Shown here piece after piece: positions 9,565 to 20,071 of a DNA stretch of 64,000 bases. The position numbers and the translations under genes were made by a program. Position 1 is the first letter of the stretch. Each line of letters opens with the position of its first letter. The notes below the pieces were generated by a model. It was not told the origin of the DNA and searched no databases. It worked only from the letters and a program-made list of their open reading frames with translations. This DNA comes from Candidatus Zixiibacteriota bacterium. Lineage in GTDB: Bacteria; Zixibacteria; MSB-5A5; GN15; FEB-12. Location: positions 4,620 to 68,619 of the forward strand of contig JBFLZR010000009.1 of the NCBI GenBank assembly GCA_040756055.1, in the 5' to 3' direction.

Positions 9565-12500
9565 ATGGCACAGCCTCAGGGTCAGTTGTTTCCAGAATTG
9601 GACAAAGTCCGCTACGGTGACAGCGTTCGACGACAAAACCTGTTCATCCCCAGATTCCTCCGCAAAGCCGCCTCCGACCATCGTTTGAAGGGCGAGGAGC
9701 AGGATCGCGCCTATCAGATTATATGCAAGTGGGCCGAACTGGACGAAAGCGGCAAACTCGAATCTAAATCTGAGTCACAACTTGAAGCTGAGTTTCTGAC
9801 GGATATCTTTGGGAAAGCCCTCGGTCACCTTATGTTCACGGAAAACGCCGACCATTGGGAGCTTGAACCGAAATACTCCGTCAATGGCGGGATAGCTGAT
9901 GCAGCGCTGGGGGTCTTTAAGCACGGCACAAAAAACCCGCCCCACGCTCTTATAGAATTGAAGGGCCCGAAGGTAAACCTCGACCGAGATCGATTCAACG
10001 GGCGTACGCCTGTCCAACAATGCTGGGACTACCTAAATGAACAACCCGCCTGTCAGTGGGGAATTGTCAGCAACATAGTCAGTTTTCGGCTGTACAACCG
10101 AAACCAGACCACGAAAACCTGTCAGTTGTTCGTTCTTCAGGACTTGCGCAAAACCGAAGTGTTTGAAGAATTCTACTACCTGTTCGCTTCCGGAGGACTG
10201 GTCCCATCTATCTTTCATGAAACCCCGAGAGCCGACACGCTTCTTAGGCAGACAGAACAGCAGCAACAGGAGGTCGGCCAGATTCTCTACGATGCGTATC
10301 ACCGTGAGAGAGTGGAACTCATACGACACCTCACCAACAAACCGCTTTCGAAGTCGCTGGAAAACGCTATATCGATCACCCAAAAGCTGCTGGACCGGGT
10401 CGTGTTTATCGCCTTTTGTGAGGATCGCGGGTTGCTGCCTGAGAACTTGCTTGATAAAGCTCACAGCGATATTCCTCCTTTTGCGCAGGTGACCAATCCG
10501 CGCTGGCGCAATTTCGTCAACCTCTTCAGAAGCATCGATAAGGGTCATAAGCCGAGCGATATCTCCTGTTACAACGGCGGCCTATTCAGGGAAGATATGG
10601 AGGTTGACAATCTCGACCTCGAAGATGATTGGACCGACTTCTTCCGCAACATTGGCAAGTATGACTTCAGAGACGAAATCAACGTCGATGTACTGGGACA
10701 CTTGTTTGAGAAGTCAATTAGCGACATAGGAAGATTAAAGCTTGGCGGGCTGTTTAACGAAATAGTCGGTGACGATGAAAAGCGAAAGATGGCTAAGTCC
10801 GCAGAACGCAAACGGCACGGGATATACTATACCCCGCCCGAGTTTACATCGTTCATTACGTATAATACGATTGGAAAGCTCGTTGAAGAACGATTCGAAT
10901 CCCTGAAATCCCTCTTTGGCATTCACGGGAATCCCCGGACTGCTGCCGAAGCAGATGCAAATTATGCGGCATACTGGCAAAAGTGCCTAAGTATTCTAAA
11001 GGACATTAAGATTGTCGACCCCTCGTGTGGAAGTGGTGCTTTCCTGATAAGCGCATATGATGTTCTGGAAGAGAAGTATCATGAGGTCGTTGACCAACTT
11101 GTGTTTCACGAAACAACGGCACCAGCGGATTTGCTTGATGCCATTCCGAATTACATTCTCAATGATAACCTGTATGGCGTGGACCTGTCGCCCGAAGCAG
11201 TGGAAATCACGCAACTCGCGCTCTGGATTAGGTCGGCGCAAATAGGTAAAACGCTGGCTGACCTCTCACAGAACATTGTCTGCGGAAACAGCCTCGTAAC
11301 CGATCCGGAGGTCCACCCTCGCGCGATGGAATGGGAAACAACTTTTCCAGCCGTTTTCGCCCGTAAGAATGCTGGGTTCGATTGTGTTATAGGAAACCCT
11401 CCCTGGGAGAGAATGAAACTTCAGGAACGGGAGTTTTTTGACATAATCGAGCCCAATATCGCGGCCGCTGTAAGCGCGGCAACTCGCCGAACCCTGATTG
11501 CCAAACTAAAAAAGGCGAATCCATCCCTCCACGAACGTTACGAAAACGCCAAAAAGACTGCGGAGGCAACCCTTTCTCACGTTAGAAAATCCGGGCGTTT
11601 CCCCCTCACAGCCAAAGGCGATATAAATACGTATGCTACTTTCGCGGAACTGGCTGCTAATATTGTGAGTGTCGATGGAAGGGTAGGCATACTGGTTCCT
11701 TCCGGCATTGCCACGGATTATACGACACAGCATTTCTTCAGCGAACTGCTATCCACCGGTCGCTTGCGCGGCCTTTACGACTTTGAGAACCGCAAGAAGA
11801 TTTTCGCTGATGTAGACGGCAGGTTTAAGTTCTCAATATTGCTTTTTGGCGTTGGCAATCCCAAATTAGCACCTGAGTTCTCATTTTTTTCGCATCAAAT
11901 CGAGGACCTGAGAAATCCGAACAAGCGAATTACTCTATCAAACGCAGACATAGGGCTTCTCAACCCCAACACCAAAACCTGCCCAATCTTCCGCACGAGA
12001 ATGGATGCTGAGATAACGAAGGCCATATACAAACGTGTTCCCGTTTTGGTAGACAAGACTCGCGAGTCAGGCGGCAATCCTTGGGGCATAAGTTTTCTAA
12101 GGATGTTTGATCAGACCAATGACGCTGAGCTTTTTCATACAGCGGAACAATTGGCTGGACAAGGTTACAAGCGTTCTGGTCCAATCTGGAAGAAGGGCAA
12201 AAGTGTTTTCCTGCCTCTCTATGAGGCCAAAATGATCCAGATGTACGACCACCGAGCCGCAAGCGTGGTGGTGAAGTCCGACAATTGGATGCGACAGGGG
12301 CAGACAGCCGCTTCGTCGTTGACGCAGTATCAGAATCCGGAATACTTCGTGAAGCCCAGATGGTGGGTTGAGAGTAAATCGGTTACGAGCCGGTTAAGCA
12401 GTAGCGTTTCATATTTACTTGGGTTCAAAGACATAACAAGTGCAACCAATCAACGAACGATGATTGCCGCATCTATTCCTCTGTCCGCTGTAACCAACCA

Positions 12501-13005
12501 CTTTCCGGTATTACTAACGTCTGCTGGTCCTCTATCGGAAATGTGTTTGTTAGCTAATCTAAATTCTATACCCTTGGATTTCTGCGCGCGCCAAAAAGTC
12601 GGAGCGGTCACACTCAATTTCTTTATTGTTGAGCAGTTGCCGATATTCTCTCCCGATTTCTATAACGCCAGATGTCGGTGGGAGCAATCCACTCAATTGG
12701 TGACGTGGATTTCTGAACGAGTGCTGAAGCTCTCCTGTACCAGCAACGACGTGATTTCATTGGCCGAGTCCGCCGGATTTAACCCACCGGTCCATAAGTG
12801 GAAACCCGAAGAGCGGGCGGAAATCATGGCCGAACTTGACGCGGCGTACTTTATCCTGTATGAAATTGAGCGAGAAGACGTAGAATACATTCTGTCAACT
12901 TTCAGCGGCATCAACAGCGACGGCGGCAGTATCTTCGAATCGAAAAACACGACGGATCTAATTCTAAAATACTACGACGACTTTACAGCTAAAATGCGAC
13001 TATAG
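9565..13005 (+). CDS. Fused type IIG/IIL restriction-modification enzyme (REase + N6-adenine MTase + TRD)
   Basis: N-terminal ADAALG...IELK nuclease-like motif; YYTPPEFT, IVDPSCGSGAFL (motif I) and FDCVIGNPPW (motif IV); GGGGAG RBS 8 nt before ATG 9565. Confidence 0.88.
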   Translation: MAQPQGQLFPELDKVRYGDSVRRQNLFIPRFLRKAASDHRLKGEEQDRAYQIICKWAELDESGKLESKSESQLEAEFLTDIFGKALGHLMFTENADHWELEPKYSVNGGIADAALGVFKHGTKNPPHALIELKGPKVNLDRDRFNGRTPVQQCWDYLNEQPACQWGIVSNIVSFRLYNRNQTTKTCQLFVLQDLRKTEVFEEFYYLFASGGLVPSIFHETPRADTLLRQTEQQQQEVGQILYDAYHRERVELIRHLTNKPLSKSLENAISITQKLLDRVVFIAFCEDRGLLPENLLDKAHSDIPPFAQVTNPRWRNFVNLFRSIDKGHKPSDISCYNGGLFREDMEVDNLDLEDDWTDFFRNIGKYDFRDEINVDVLGHLFEKSISDIGRLKLGGLFNEIVGDDEKRKMAKSAERKRHGIYYTPPEFTSFITYNTIGKLVEERFESLKSLFGIHGNPRTAAEADANYAAYWQKCLSILKDIKIVDPSCGSGAFLISAYDVLEEKYHEVVDQLVFHETTAPADLLDAIPNYILNDNLYGVDLSPEAVEITQLALWIRSAQIGKTLADLSQNIVCGNSLVTDPEVHPRAMEWETTFPAVFARKNAGFDCVIGNPPWERMKLQEREFFDIIEPNIAAAVSAATRRTLIAKLKKANPSLHERYENAKKTAEATLSHVRKSGRFPLTAKGDINTYATFAELAANIVSVDGRVGILVPSGIATDYTTQHFFSELLSTGRLRGLYDFENRKKIFADVDGRFKFSILLFGVGNPKLAPEFSFFSHQIEDLRNPNKRITLSNADIGLLNPNTKTCPIFRTRMDAEITKAIYKRVPVLVDKTRESGGNPWGISFLRMFDQTNDAELFHTAEQLAGQGYKRSGPIWKKGKSVFLPLYEAKMIQMYDHRAASVVVKSDNWMRQGQTAASSLTQYQNPEYFVKPRWWVESKSVTSRLSSSVSYLLGFKDITSATNQRTMIAASIPLSAVTNHFPVLLTSAGPLSEMCLLANLNSIPLDFCARQKVGAVTLNFFIVEQLPIFSPDFYNARCRWEQSTQLVTWISERVLKLSCTSNDVISLAESAGFNPPVHKWKPEERAEIMAELDAAYFILYEIEREDVEYILSTFSGINSDGGSIFESKNTTDLILKYYDDFTAKMRL

Positions 13006-13770
13006 CTCGATTTCCATGCCATCGAGAGCGGTGACCAGATTGTCAACGCCGGCTTTGGTAGCCATTTCATTGATCATTGCTACCTCATCAGGTGTACCCA
13101 GGTGGCTGATAACAAACCGACCGACATTAAGGTCGCCTGCAAGACCGAGCAGTCTCTCAATATCGATATGAGTTGACTCGATTACGGCAACATCTTTGCC
13201 TCTCAACCGCGGCAGGATCTCATCGAGAGAGGCTATGTCGGACGAATAGAAGACTGATTTACCGGCAATCTCGATATCAAACGAGTGGCACTGCATTTTG
13301 TTGGGAAGGCCGAGTTGAGATATGAGAGTGCCATTGCCCTGAAGATGCTTGTTGCCCACAGCGGTAATCTTGATCTCATCTTTAAACACAAAACCATCTT
13401 CGTAACCCATGATGTTCAGATCAAAGGGCAGCTTGCTTCCTATCAGGTATATAGCAGGGAGAAAGGCCGTAAACGGGCCAACGAATTCGGAAGGCAGGTA
13501 AAGGTCCAATGGGTCAGTTCTGCCATCGAGATAGGTCAGTTGAATAAAAAGCGGCAGGTCGCTGACATGGTCAGGGTGCGTGTGACTGATAAACACCCTG
13601 GCGACATCGAGCGAACTGTAACCCCTACGGAGAAAGGACGAGCTTATCCCTCCTCCGCAGTCAAGAAGCGTAAGGCTCTCTTGTGCCTTGAGCAGGTATC
13701 CGGAGCAGGCTCTGTCGGGCTTGGGGTGGCCAGATGAGGAGCCGAGTATTGTTATCGCGTTATTTGCCAT
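13000..13770 (-). CDS. MBL-fold metallohydrolase (RNase Z / AtsA-like)
   Basis: ITILGSSSG start, LLDCGGG, SHTHPDH and YSSD motifs. Confidence 0.85.
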   Translation of the reverse strand: MANNAITILGSSSGHPKPDRACSGYLLKAQESLTLLDCGGGISSSFLRRGYSSLDVARVFISHTHPDHVSDLPLFIQLTYLDGRTDPLDLYLPSEFVGPFTAFLPAIYLIGSKLPFDLNIMGYEDGFVFKDEIKITAVGNKHLQGNGTLISQLGLPNKMQCHSFDIEIAGKSVFYSSDIASLDEILPRLRGKDVAVIESTHIDIERLLGLAGDLNVGRFVISHLGTPDEVAMINEMATKAGVDNLVTALDGMEIEL

Positions 13771-13859
13771 CAGTCAGCAATCGACAGTCTGTCTATTTCG
13801 CTTAGTATTAAGAGACAAGGTGATATTAACTTAGCACAAATTAGATAGCCTGACAACCC

Positions 13860-13886
13860 TAAAAACATTCCATATTATTCCGATAA
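13860..13886 (+). promoter_or_regulatory. Sigma28 (FliA/WhiG)-like promoter upstream of hemerythrin
   Basis: TAAA-N15-TCCGATAA versus consensus TAAA-N15-GCCGATAA. Confidence 0.5.
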
Positions 13887-13963
13887 TATTAGTATTATAT
13901 GCGGAGGCAAGGACATCCGCTTCACAACAGGTTTTTTGAGCGTAGATTTGGGGGACCGCATCA

Positions 13964-14392
13964 ATGCCGATGTTTGCCTGGCATGATTCTCTCAGTGTGG
14001 GTGTCGACGAGATCGATACCCAGCACAAGAATCTCCTCGCGATGATAAATCGTCTTCAGGAGTCGATCTCTCGCGGCACGGGTCGCAGCGAAATTGGCGG
14101 AGTATTAACCGAGTTAGTCAGACACATGAGCGAACATTTTGCGGCCGAGGAAAAGCTCATGTTGTCAGCCGGGTTCCCGTATTACAGCGATCATCGCGCC
14201 AGGCATTATGTTTTTCACAAAACTATCGTGAATTTGCTTAAGGGGCTGCGAAGGGACCAGAATATGTCGGCGTTTCAGCTACTGGCGCTTTTGAGGGACT
14301 GGTGGCAGACACACATTCTCGAGGAAGATAAGAAACTCGGGGATTATCTCAGTGCGAGGAGCCAGTCCAGACTATCTTCGCCGGTTAAATAA
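13964..14392 (+). CDS. Bacteriohemerythrin
   Basis: WHDSLSVGVDEIDTQH, HFAAEE, HRARH and HILEED iron-ligand pattern. Confidence 0.92.
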   Translation: MPMFAWHDSLSVGVDEIDTQHKNLLAMINRLQESISRGTGRSEIGGVLTELVRHMSEHFAAEEKLMLSAGFPYYSDHRARHYVFHKTIVNLLKGLRRDQNMSAFQLLALLRDWWQTHILEEDKKLGDYLSARSQSRLSSPVK

Positions 14393-15410
14393 TCGACTCT
14401 ATTCGTTTAAGCGCTTCGACACAGTCGTCGCGTGTTACATCGAGGTGCGTAACAAACCGCAGCTTCGTCGGACCAAACGGCACCGCCAATACACCATTTT
14501 TTTTCATCTTCTCCAGAACCGACTCCGCGGAGTATCCGGAAGCGACATTGGCGACGATGATATTGGTTTGAACGCGTTTCAATTCTACCTTAAACCATGG
14601 CAACCGATCCAGTCCTTCGGCCAGCAGCCTGGCGTTGGTGTGGTCATCGGCCAGACGAGCGATATTATTCTTGATGGCATATAATCCGGCGGCGGCGATG
14701 ATTCCGACCTGACGCATACCGCCACCGAACAGTTTTCTCTCTCGCCGGCAGCGTTCGATAAACTCTCCCGATCCAAGTATAAGCGAACCAATAGGCGCTC
14801 CGAGGCCCTTGGACAGACAGACGGAGACCGAATCGAATGGTGCAGTCAGCTCAGGCAGGGAGATTCCGGTAGCGACGTGCGCGTTCCAGATACGAGCTCC
14901 ATCGAGGTGCAAAACAAGATCGAACTCGTCGCAGACCTGCCTGACTTTCAGAATTTCCTGTTGGGGCAGGATCGTTCCACCGTGCCGATTGTGCGTATTT
15001 TCCAGCGCGACCATCTTGGTGAGTGGGCAATGAAGATTTTTCGGTCTTATGGACTGCCGAACAGTCTCAGCGGGGATCATACCGTATTCGGTTGTTATCA
15101 GATTGACCAGAAGCCCGGCGTGAACCACCGGTCCGGCTACCTCGTAGTTGACCACGTGACACTCGCGGTCACACAGCAATTCCCATCCGCGCCGCGAATT
15201 GGCTTTAAGACAGATCTGGTTGCCCATAGTTCCGGATGGGACATACAGAGCGGCCTCTTTTTGAAAGAGGGTGGCGGCGTAACGTTCAAGCTCTTTGACG
15301 GTCGGGTCATCGCCGAAAACGTCGTCGCCTACCACGGCTTCAGCGATTGCCTGTCTCATTTCAGGAGACGGCCTCGTGACGGTATCGGAGCGCAGATCGA
15401 TTACTTTCAT
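14385..15410 (-). CDS. ltaE: Low-specificity L-threonine aldolase
   Basis: [41 protein letters not shown] and CLSKGLGAP; true start ATG 15410. Confidence 0.93.
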   Translation of the reverse strand: MKVIDLRSDTVTRPSPEMRQAIAEAVVGDDVFGDDPTVKELERYAATLFQKEAALYVPSGTMGNQICLKANSRRGWELLCDRECHVVNYEVAGPVVHAGLLVNLITTEYGMIPAETVRQSIRPKNLHCPLTKMVALENTHNRHGGTILPQQEILKVRQVCDEFDLVLHLDGARIWNAHVATGISLPELTAPFDSVSVCLSKGLGAPIGSLILGSGEFIERCRRERKLFGGGMRQVGIIAAAGLYAIKNNIARLADDHTNARLLAEGLDRLPWFKVELKRVQTNIIVANVASGYSAESVLEKMKKNGVLAVPFGPTKLRFVTHLDVTRDDCVEALKRIESII

Positions 15411-15524
15411 GGCACGCAATATACGAAAAAAAACCGGCCGCACAATAGCCGCGCGGCGAGCCGAGCAATAAAAAGGCCACCATTCGGTGGCCCGATAATA
15501 TTCGCTAAATGGCTGAGTTTGTTA

Positions 15525-15728
15525 TTACTGAGGAGTAACGTTTCTGGCCTGGTAACCCCTGTCGGTGCTGGCCAGTTCGTACAGGACTTCCTGACCTTCT
15601 CTCAGCGTCTTATATCCGTCCATTTTAATCGCGGTATAATGAACGTAAACATCCTGGTCAATGTCGTCACTTGCAATGAAGCCCCACCCTTTTGTGTCGT
15701 TAAAGTATTTGACCTTGCCCTTAGACAT
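15525..15728 (-). CDS. Cold-shock domain protein
   Basis: GKVKYFNDTKGWGFI and DVYVHYTAI RNP motifs; 67 aa. Confidence 0.95.
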   Translation of the reverse strand: MSKGKVKYFNDTKGWGFIASDDIDQDVYVHYTAIKMDGYKTLREGQEVLYELASTDRGYQARNVTPQ

Positions 15729-15813
15729 TAAGATTCCTCCAATGGAGAGGTTTTTTTGAGATTCCCGCGTTCACTTTCTTATACAAAGAATACGCTTTGA
15801 CGGCAACAACAAT

Positions 15814-16449
15814 CTACAAAAATGTGACGGCGCGCGAAAACAGGGTCATGGCGAGGCCGGAGACAAGAGGAACCGAGACATTGTCATCGACCCCAAAGGA
15901 GTAGGCTTCGATCACGGTGGCGACAACCGCACCGACGACAGCTACGGATAATGCTATATCTGGTAATAACATAACAGAAGCCAGTGTGCCCATAAGGCAG
16001 CCCAGGCTCCCCTCCACTGTTTTGTTTTTGTAGAACCGGTGCTTACCGAATCTCCTGCCGATTATTGCCGCAAACGTATCTCCGATAATGATAAACACGA
16101 GGGCTGCGATGGCGATGGGTTTATCGAACAAAGCCACTGCGAGACAGGTGGATATAAGAATATATGAGGCGCCCGTAAAGTCGCCCTTAACTTCGTGATC
16201 CCGGATAATTGGTCTGATGATTTTGCTGGCGAAACCGGTCCAGAAGCGCCATTGGCGGAGTCTCGAAATATCGATAATGACCATAGCCAACGCGACGGGG
16301 ACCATGATTGACAACATTTGCTCACGACTGAGCTGCAGAAAGTAGTACCCTCCGGGAATAATCAGAGCCCCGGTGTGCGTAGTCTTGCGAATGATCTCGT
16401 GAACGAAGCTGATCTGGTTACCATCAGCCACGTGTTTGTCCGCTTCCAT
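15814..16449 (-). CDS. CTP-dependent lipid kinase, SEC59/DGK1/VTE5 family
   Basis: EIIRKTTH, GDTFAAIIGRRFG and KNKTVEGS motifs; polytopic membrane protein. Confidence 0.8.
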   Translation of the reverse strand: MEADKHVADGNQISFVHEIIRKTTHTGALIIPGGYYFLQLSREQMLSIMVPVALAMVIIDISRLRQWRFWTGFASKIIRPIIRDHEVKGDFTGASYILISTCLAVALFDKPIAIAALVFIIIGDTFAAIIGRRFGKHRFYKNKTVEGSLGCLMGTLASVMLLPDIALSVAVVGAVVATVIEAYSFGVDDNVSVPLVSGLAMTLFSRAVTFL

Positions 16450-16454
16450 GCAGG

Positions 16455-18206
16455 CTAACTTCGTTGGGTTACCGGCGGCAGTTCTACCGGTACCAGGTTT
16501 CCGGTCAGACGCACGTTATATTTAGCGAATAGTTTATCTCGAAAAGCGCGGTAGACCTGCTCCGCATGTTGCTTCTTGAACATCTGTACTATTCGCGGAG
16601 TGGCGTCTTTGAGCGACAGCATTTCGCGTCGTTCGACCACTTTGATAACATGGTAGCCATACTCGGTCTTGACCGGATGAGTAACTTCTCCGACCATGAC
16701 TCTCAGGGCTGCTTCGTAGAAAGCATCAGGAACATCGCCTCGGCCAATTTCCCCGAGGTCCGCCAGTTCGGCTCGCACGTCCTCGTCGCCCGGATAGTAC
16801 TCTTTGGCCAGGTCCAGAAAATCATATCCTGACATCGCCTGACTGCGAATAAAGTCACCGAACAAAGAGTCCTGTACGATGATGTGCTGGACTACCAGAG
16901 GCTTCTCCGGGCTGAATTCGTCGAGATGCGCCTGGTAATACTGTTCCACCATACTGTCAGACGGTTGCCAGCCGAAATCTTTCTTCTCCCTTTCAACGAT
17001 GATCCTGGAATATTTATGACGCAGGAATCTTTCCGCAGCCACAACATCGGGGTTCTCATCAACTTTCAGCCTTCTTGCCTGCTGTACCAGGGCGATTTTC
17101 TGCGCAACGCCGCGGAGCATCTCTCTTTTTTGTTCAGGCGTGGTATTGCTGATCTTCTTTTGCAGTCTCAAATCGTATTCTGCAGTCAGGGCGTCGTTGC
17201 ACTCGAGGGTATCCTCACCGTTGACAACGGCCAGCCACTCTCGTTTATCGACCTTATAGAGATTCGTATCCAAAAGCGGCTCATTGTATTCGAGGCTCAT
17301 ATTGGCGAACAGGGTATCGAAGATGGACTGTCCCAGTTCGTTAGACTTGATCGTGCGCAGGGTTACCCAGGCCGACATATATTGCCTCTCATTCAGGGGT
17401 GGCACGCCGGCTTCACGCCGGTCATCCACGTAGATAAGGTGCCAACCGTTGTCGTCTTCGTACGGCTGGGAGGTTTCGCCGGGATTCAGCGCAAAGGCTA
17501 CCGAGTCAAAGGGATGAACATAGACACCACGGGCGGCCCAGCCTATCACTCCCCCCTGATTGCCCGAAAGGGTATCATGAGAATACTTCCGGGCCGCCTC
17601 TATGAATGATTCCCTGGAATCGATATGGTCCCGGATCTCCTTTGCCAGGCGGGCAGTCTCCTGTTTTACTTCCTCCCAGGAATGATAACGATATTTCAGT
17701 GAATCGGGCCCGTTTTTGAGTCCTCTGGGATTTAAAAGGATGTGATATACAAATATCTTTTCCGGCTCGCTGAAGAGATCCGGCCGGCTGTTATAGAAAT
17801 CGACCACTTCCTGAGAATCAACCTCAACCTGATTATAGACGACATCCTTCAAATACTGATCGATAAGAGCGTCGTGGTACCTCATCCGGTAGATTCGATA
17901 CTGTTCATAGTCATCTTCAAGGCGGACATCGTAAGCGGCCCAGCCGACGAGGGTGTCGACCACGACACTGTCGAGAAACCGGGCAATCTCGGCGGTATCC
18001 ACCACACCTCCGTGAGGTACGATTGCGCTTTTCGCCATCAGGGCGGTAAGTTGAGACATGGTGAGTTCGTAATAATTGTCAGCGGTAGCGACGATGTTTT
18101 CTTTGTTATCTTGAGCCGGCGCTGTTTCCGGTGATATTTGCGCAGGGCCACATCCAGTCAGTATCGCCAGAGCAAGGGCGATCAGGGTTAGTCGAAGTAT
18201 ATTCAA
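16455..18206 (-). CDS. Lipoprotein peptidyl-prolyl isomerase with two PpiC/parvulin domains
   Basis: TTG 18206 with GAGGGAG RBS; lipobox LTGC; motifs FIEAARKYSHD...GGVIGW and FLDLAKEY...GEVTHPVKTEYGYHVIKV. Confidence 0.85.
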   Translation of the reverse strand: MNILRLTLIALALAILTGCGPAQISPETAPAQDNKENIVATADNYYELTMSQLTALMAKSAIVPHGGVVDTAEIARFLDSVVVDTLVGWAAYDVRLEDDYEQYRIYRMRYHDALIDQYLKDVVYNQVEVDSQEVVDFYNSRPDLFSEPEKIFVYHILLNPRGLKNGPDSLKYRYHSWEEVKQETARLAKEIRDHIDSRESFIEAARKYSHDTLSGNQGGVIGWAARGVYVHPFDSVAFALNPGETSQPYEDDNGWHLIYVDDRREAGVPPLNERQYMSAWVTLRTIKSNELGQSIFDTLFANMSLEYNEPLLDTNLYKVDKREWLAVVNGEDTLECNDALTAEYDLRLQKKISNTTPEQKREMLRGVAQKIALVQQARRLKVDENPDVVAAERFLRHKYSRIIVEREKKDFGWQPSDSMVEQYYQAHLDEFSPEKPLVVQHIIVQDSLFGDFIRSQAMSGYDFLDLAKEYYPGDEDVRAELADLGEIGRGDVPDAFYEAALRVMVGEVTHPVKTEYGYHVIKVVERREMLSLKDATPRIVQMFKKQHAEQVYRAFRDKLFAKYNVRLTGNLVPVELPPVTQRS

Positions 18207-18304
18207 TTTTCTATCTCCCTCTATCTTGTTGCTAATCTGATAAGTTAAACAACGGCTTGAAAAAAACAAGAGGAAAGTCATGAGGGCATATTTCCGGCCG
18301 GTCT

Positions 18305-20008
18305 TCAACGACAGACGGTAGCGTTGGGCTCCGCTGTCCGAGCCCCTTTCTGCTGGTTGTAGGTGGTGAACTCCACGACGAAGGAGGTCCCCCGACCCGG
18401 CTGCGAGTTAACATCGATTTTCAGCTTCAGGGCGGCGCAAATCCGATGGACAATCGACAATCCAAGACCTGTCCCCTGCTTCTTGGTCGAGAAAAACGGC
18501 TGGTAAATTTTCTTCATGTGCTCCGGTGAGATTCCGGGACCATTGTCATCGACATGGAGTTCAACTTTGTCACGGGGCCTGTTCACCTGCAGGCGGAATC
18601 TGACGCGTCCGGGTTTTCCCTCGAAGGACTCGAAGGCGTTGGTGGCCAGGTTCAAAAGAAGCTGCTTAATCAGGTCCTCATCGCCCACAACGTAAACGAA
18701 TGGTTCATCCGATTCGAATTCCAACTCAATCCGGTCATTGAGGGACTTGTGATGGTGCAGGATTTCGAGAACATCGTTAACCAGATGGCACAACTCTACT
18801 TTGTTGTAGGATGTGCGATCGATTCTGGCGTACGTAAGAAACTCATTGAGAATCTTTGTCAGACGGTCTGATTCTTTGATTATCAGGGTCATCAGCTTCT
18901 GGTTTTCTCCGTCGAGTTGCAAATCGTTTTTGAGTACCTCAACAGAACCCGATATGGCTGCCAGCGGGTTTCGGATCTCGTGGGCAATAGACGCAGAGAG
19001 TTCACCTACGGCAGCCAATCGATCAGCGATTCTGACCTTGGCCTCAAGTCTCTTGGCTTCAGTCAGGTCAGAAAAGATGGCGATTATTCCTCTCATCCCC
19101 CTGCCCTCTTCCGTGAGGATTGAAGTAGAAAGGCCGAGGGGTACTTTCTGTCCGTTGTTATTGATTATATCAATTTCGACTCTTGGATGTTCCATCCGAT
19201 TTTTGACACCATCGATGAGGAAACCCGCCAGTTGCGGCATTCTTTCGGCAAAGACATCCCCGCAATACATGCCTTTGACATCCTCTTCGCCGTAGCCCAG
19301 AATTCGCTCGGCGGCGCGGTTGAAGTATATGATAAATCCTCTGGAATCGATGGTGAGCAAGCCTGAGTTGAGGTGCTTGAGGATATCATCGGTTTCCAGT
19401 TTGGCTTTTTTAAGGGCCATCGAGGTGTCGGCAAGCTGACGGTCGCGTTGTTTAAGGCGTTCGGCCAGGTATCCTGAGATGAAGGCGACGAGATAGAAAA
19501 TCAGGATGTGTAAGAAGATCGAGTAAAAGGCCGAGTCGTCGGTCAGGAATATAGTTTTTAGGGCGCGCACGGAGAATTCGGGATCTCCGCCGGCGCCGGC
19601 CAAACCGAGCCATATTATAAAGGCGTAGGCGATGGAGACCAGTGAGGCAACGACGAGCGTGCCGAGCAAGCGATAAATCAGAGCCGCGGCTACTATGGTA
19701 AGTATGAACAGCGCCGAGAACGGCGAGTTCACGTTGCCGGTGGAGAAGATGATGCTCGATTCGATGACGATCTCGAATACAAATTGCAGGCTGATAACGA
19801 CGGCAGTAAGGCCCGTGAGGCGGTGTCTCTTGCTGGCCGCCAGCAAAAGGCCGAACAGTAGCGTACAGATGGAGTACAGTACGAACTGGAGTCGCATGAA
19901 CTGGGGATATTTCATCCAGAACACAACGACCGCGAAGAGTACGATGTAGTGCGCGAGCCGGAGAGGCAAAAACCAGCCGGTTTTGTTTGTCGAGTTTTGC
20001 TCTGTCAT
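18305..20008 (-). CDS. pilS: PilS-like membrane PAS sensor histidine kinase
   Basis: N-terminal TM bundle, PAS, H-box IAHEIRNPL, N/G1/F/G2 boxes; follows pilC. Confidence 0.8.
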   Translation of the reverse strand: MTEQNSTNKTGWFLPLRLAHYIVLFAVVVFWMKYPQFMRLQFVLYSICTLLFGLLLAASKRHRLTGLTAVVISLQFVFEIVIESSIIFSTGNVNSPFSALFILTIVAAALIYRLLGTLVVASLVSIAYAFIIWLGLAGAGGDPEFSVRALKTIFLTDDSAFYSIFLHILIFYLVAFISGYLAERLKQRDRQLADTSMALKKAKLETDDILKHLNSGLLTIDSRGFIIYFNRAAERILGYGEEDVKGMYCGDVFAERMPQLAGFLIDGVKNRMEHPRVEIDIINNNGQKVPLGLSTSILTEEGRGMRGIIAIFSDLTEAKRLEAKVRIADRLAAVGELSASIAHEIRNPLAAISGSVEVLKNDLQLDGENQKLMTLIIKESDRLTKILNEFLTYARIDRTSYNKVELCHLVNDVLEILHHHKSLNDRIELEFESDEPFVYVVGDEDLIKQLLLNLATNAFESFEGKPGRVRFRLQVNRPRDKVELHVDDNGPGISPEHMKKIYQPFFSTKKQGTGLGLSIVHRICAALKLKIDVNSQPGRGTSFVVEFTTYNQQKGARTAEPNATVCR

Positions 20009-20014
20009 AAAATG

Positions 20015-20036
20015 AACGGCGCCATGCGGCGCCGTT
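20015..20036 (-). terminator. GC hairpin between pilC and pilS
   Basis: AACGGCGCC-ATGC-GGCGCCGTT perfect 9-bp stem. Confidence 0.55.
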
Positions 20037-20071
20037 ATTATCGATTCAATTGTACAATACCGCTGTGCTTT

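Noticed and set aside
10892-10903. GATTCGAATCCC resembling a tRNA T-arm
   Set aside because: Inside the RM coding sequence with no cloverleaf; no tRNA or rRNA genes were found in the window.
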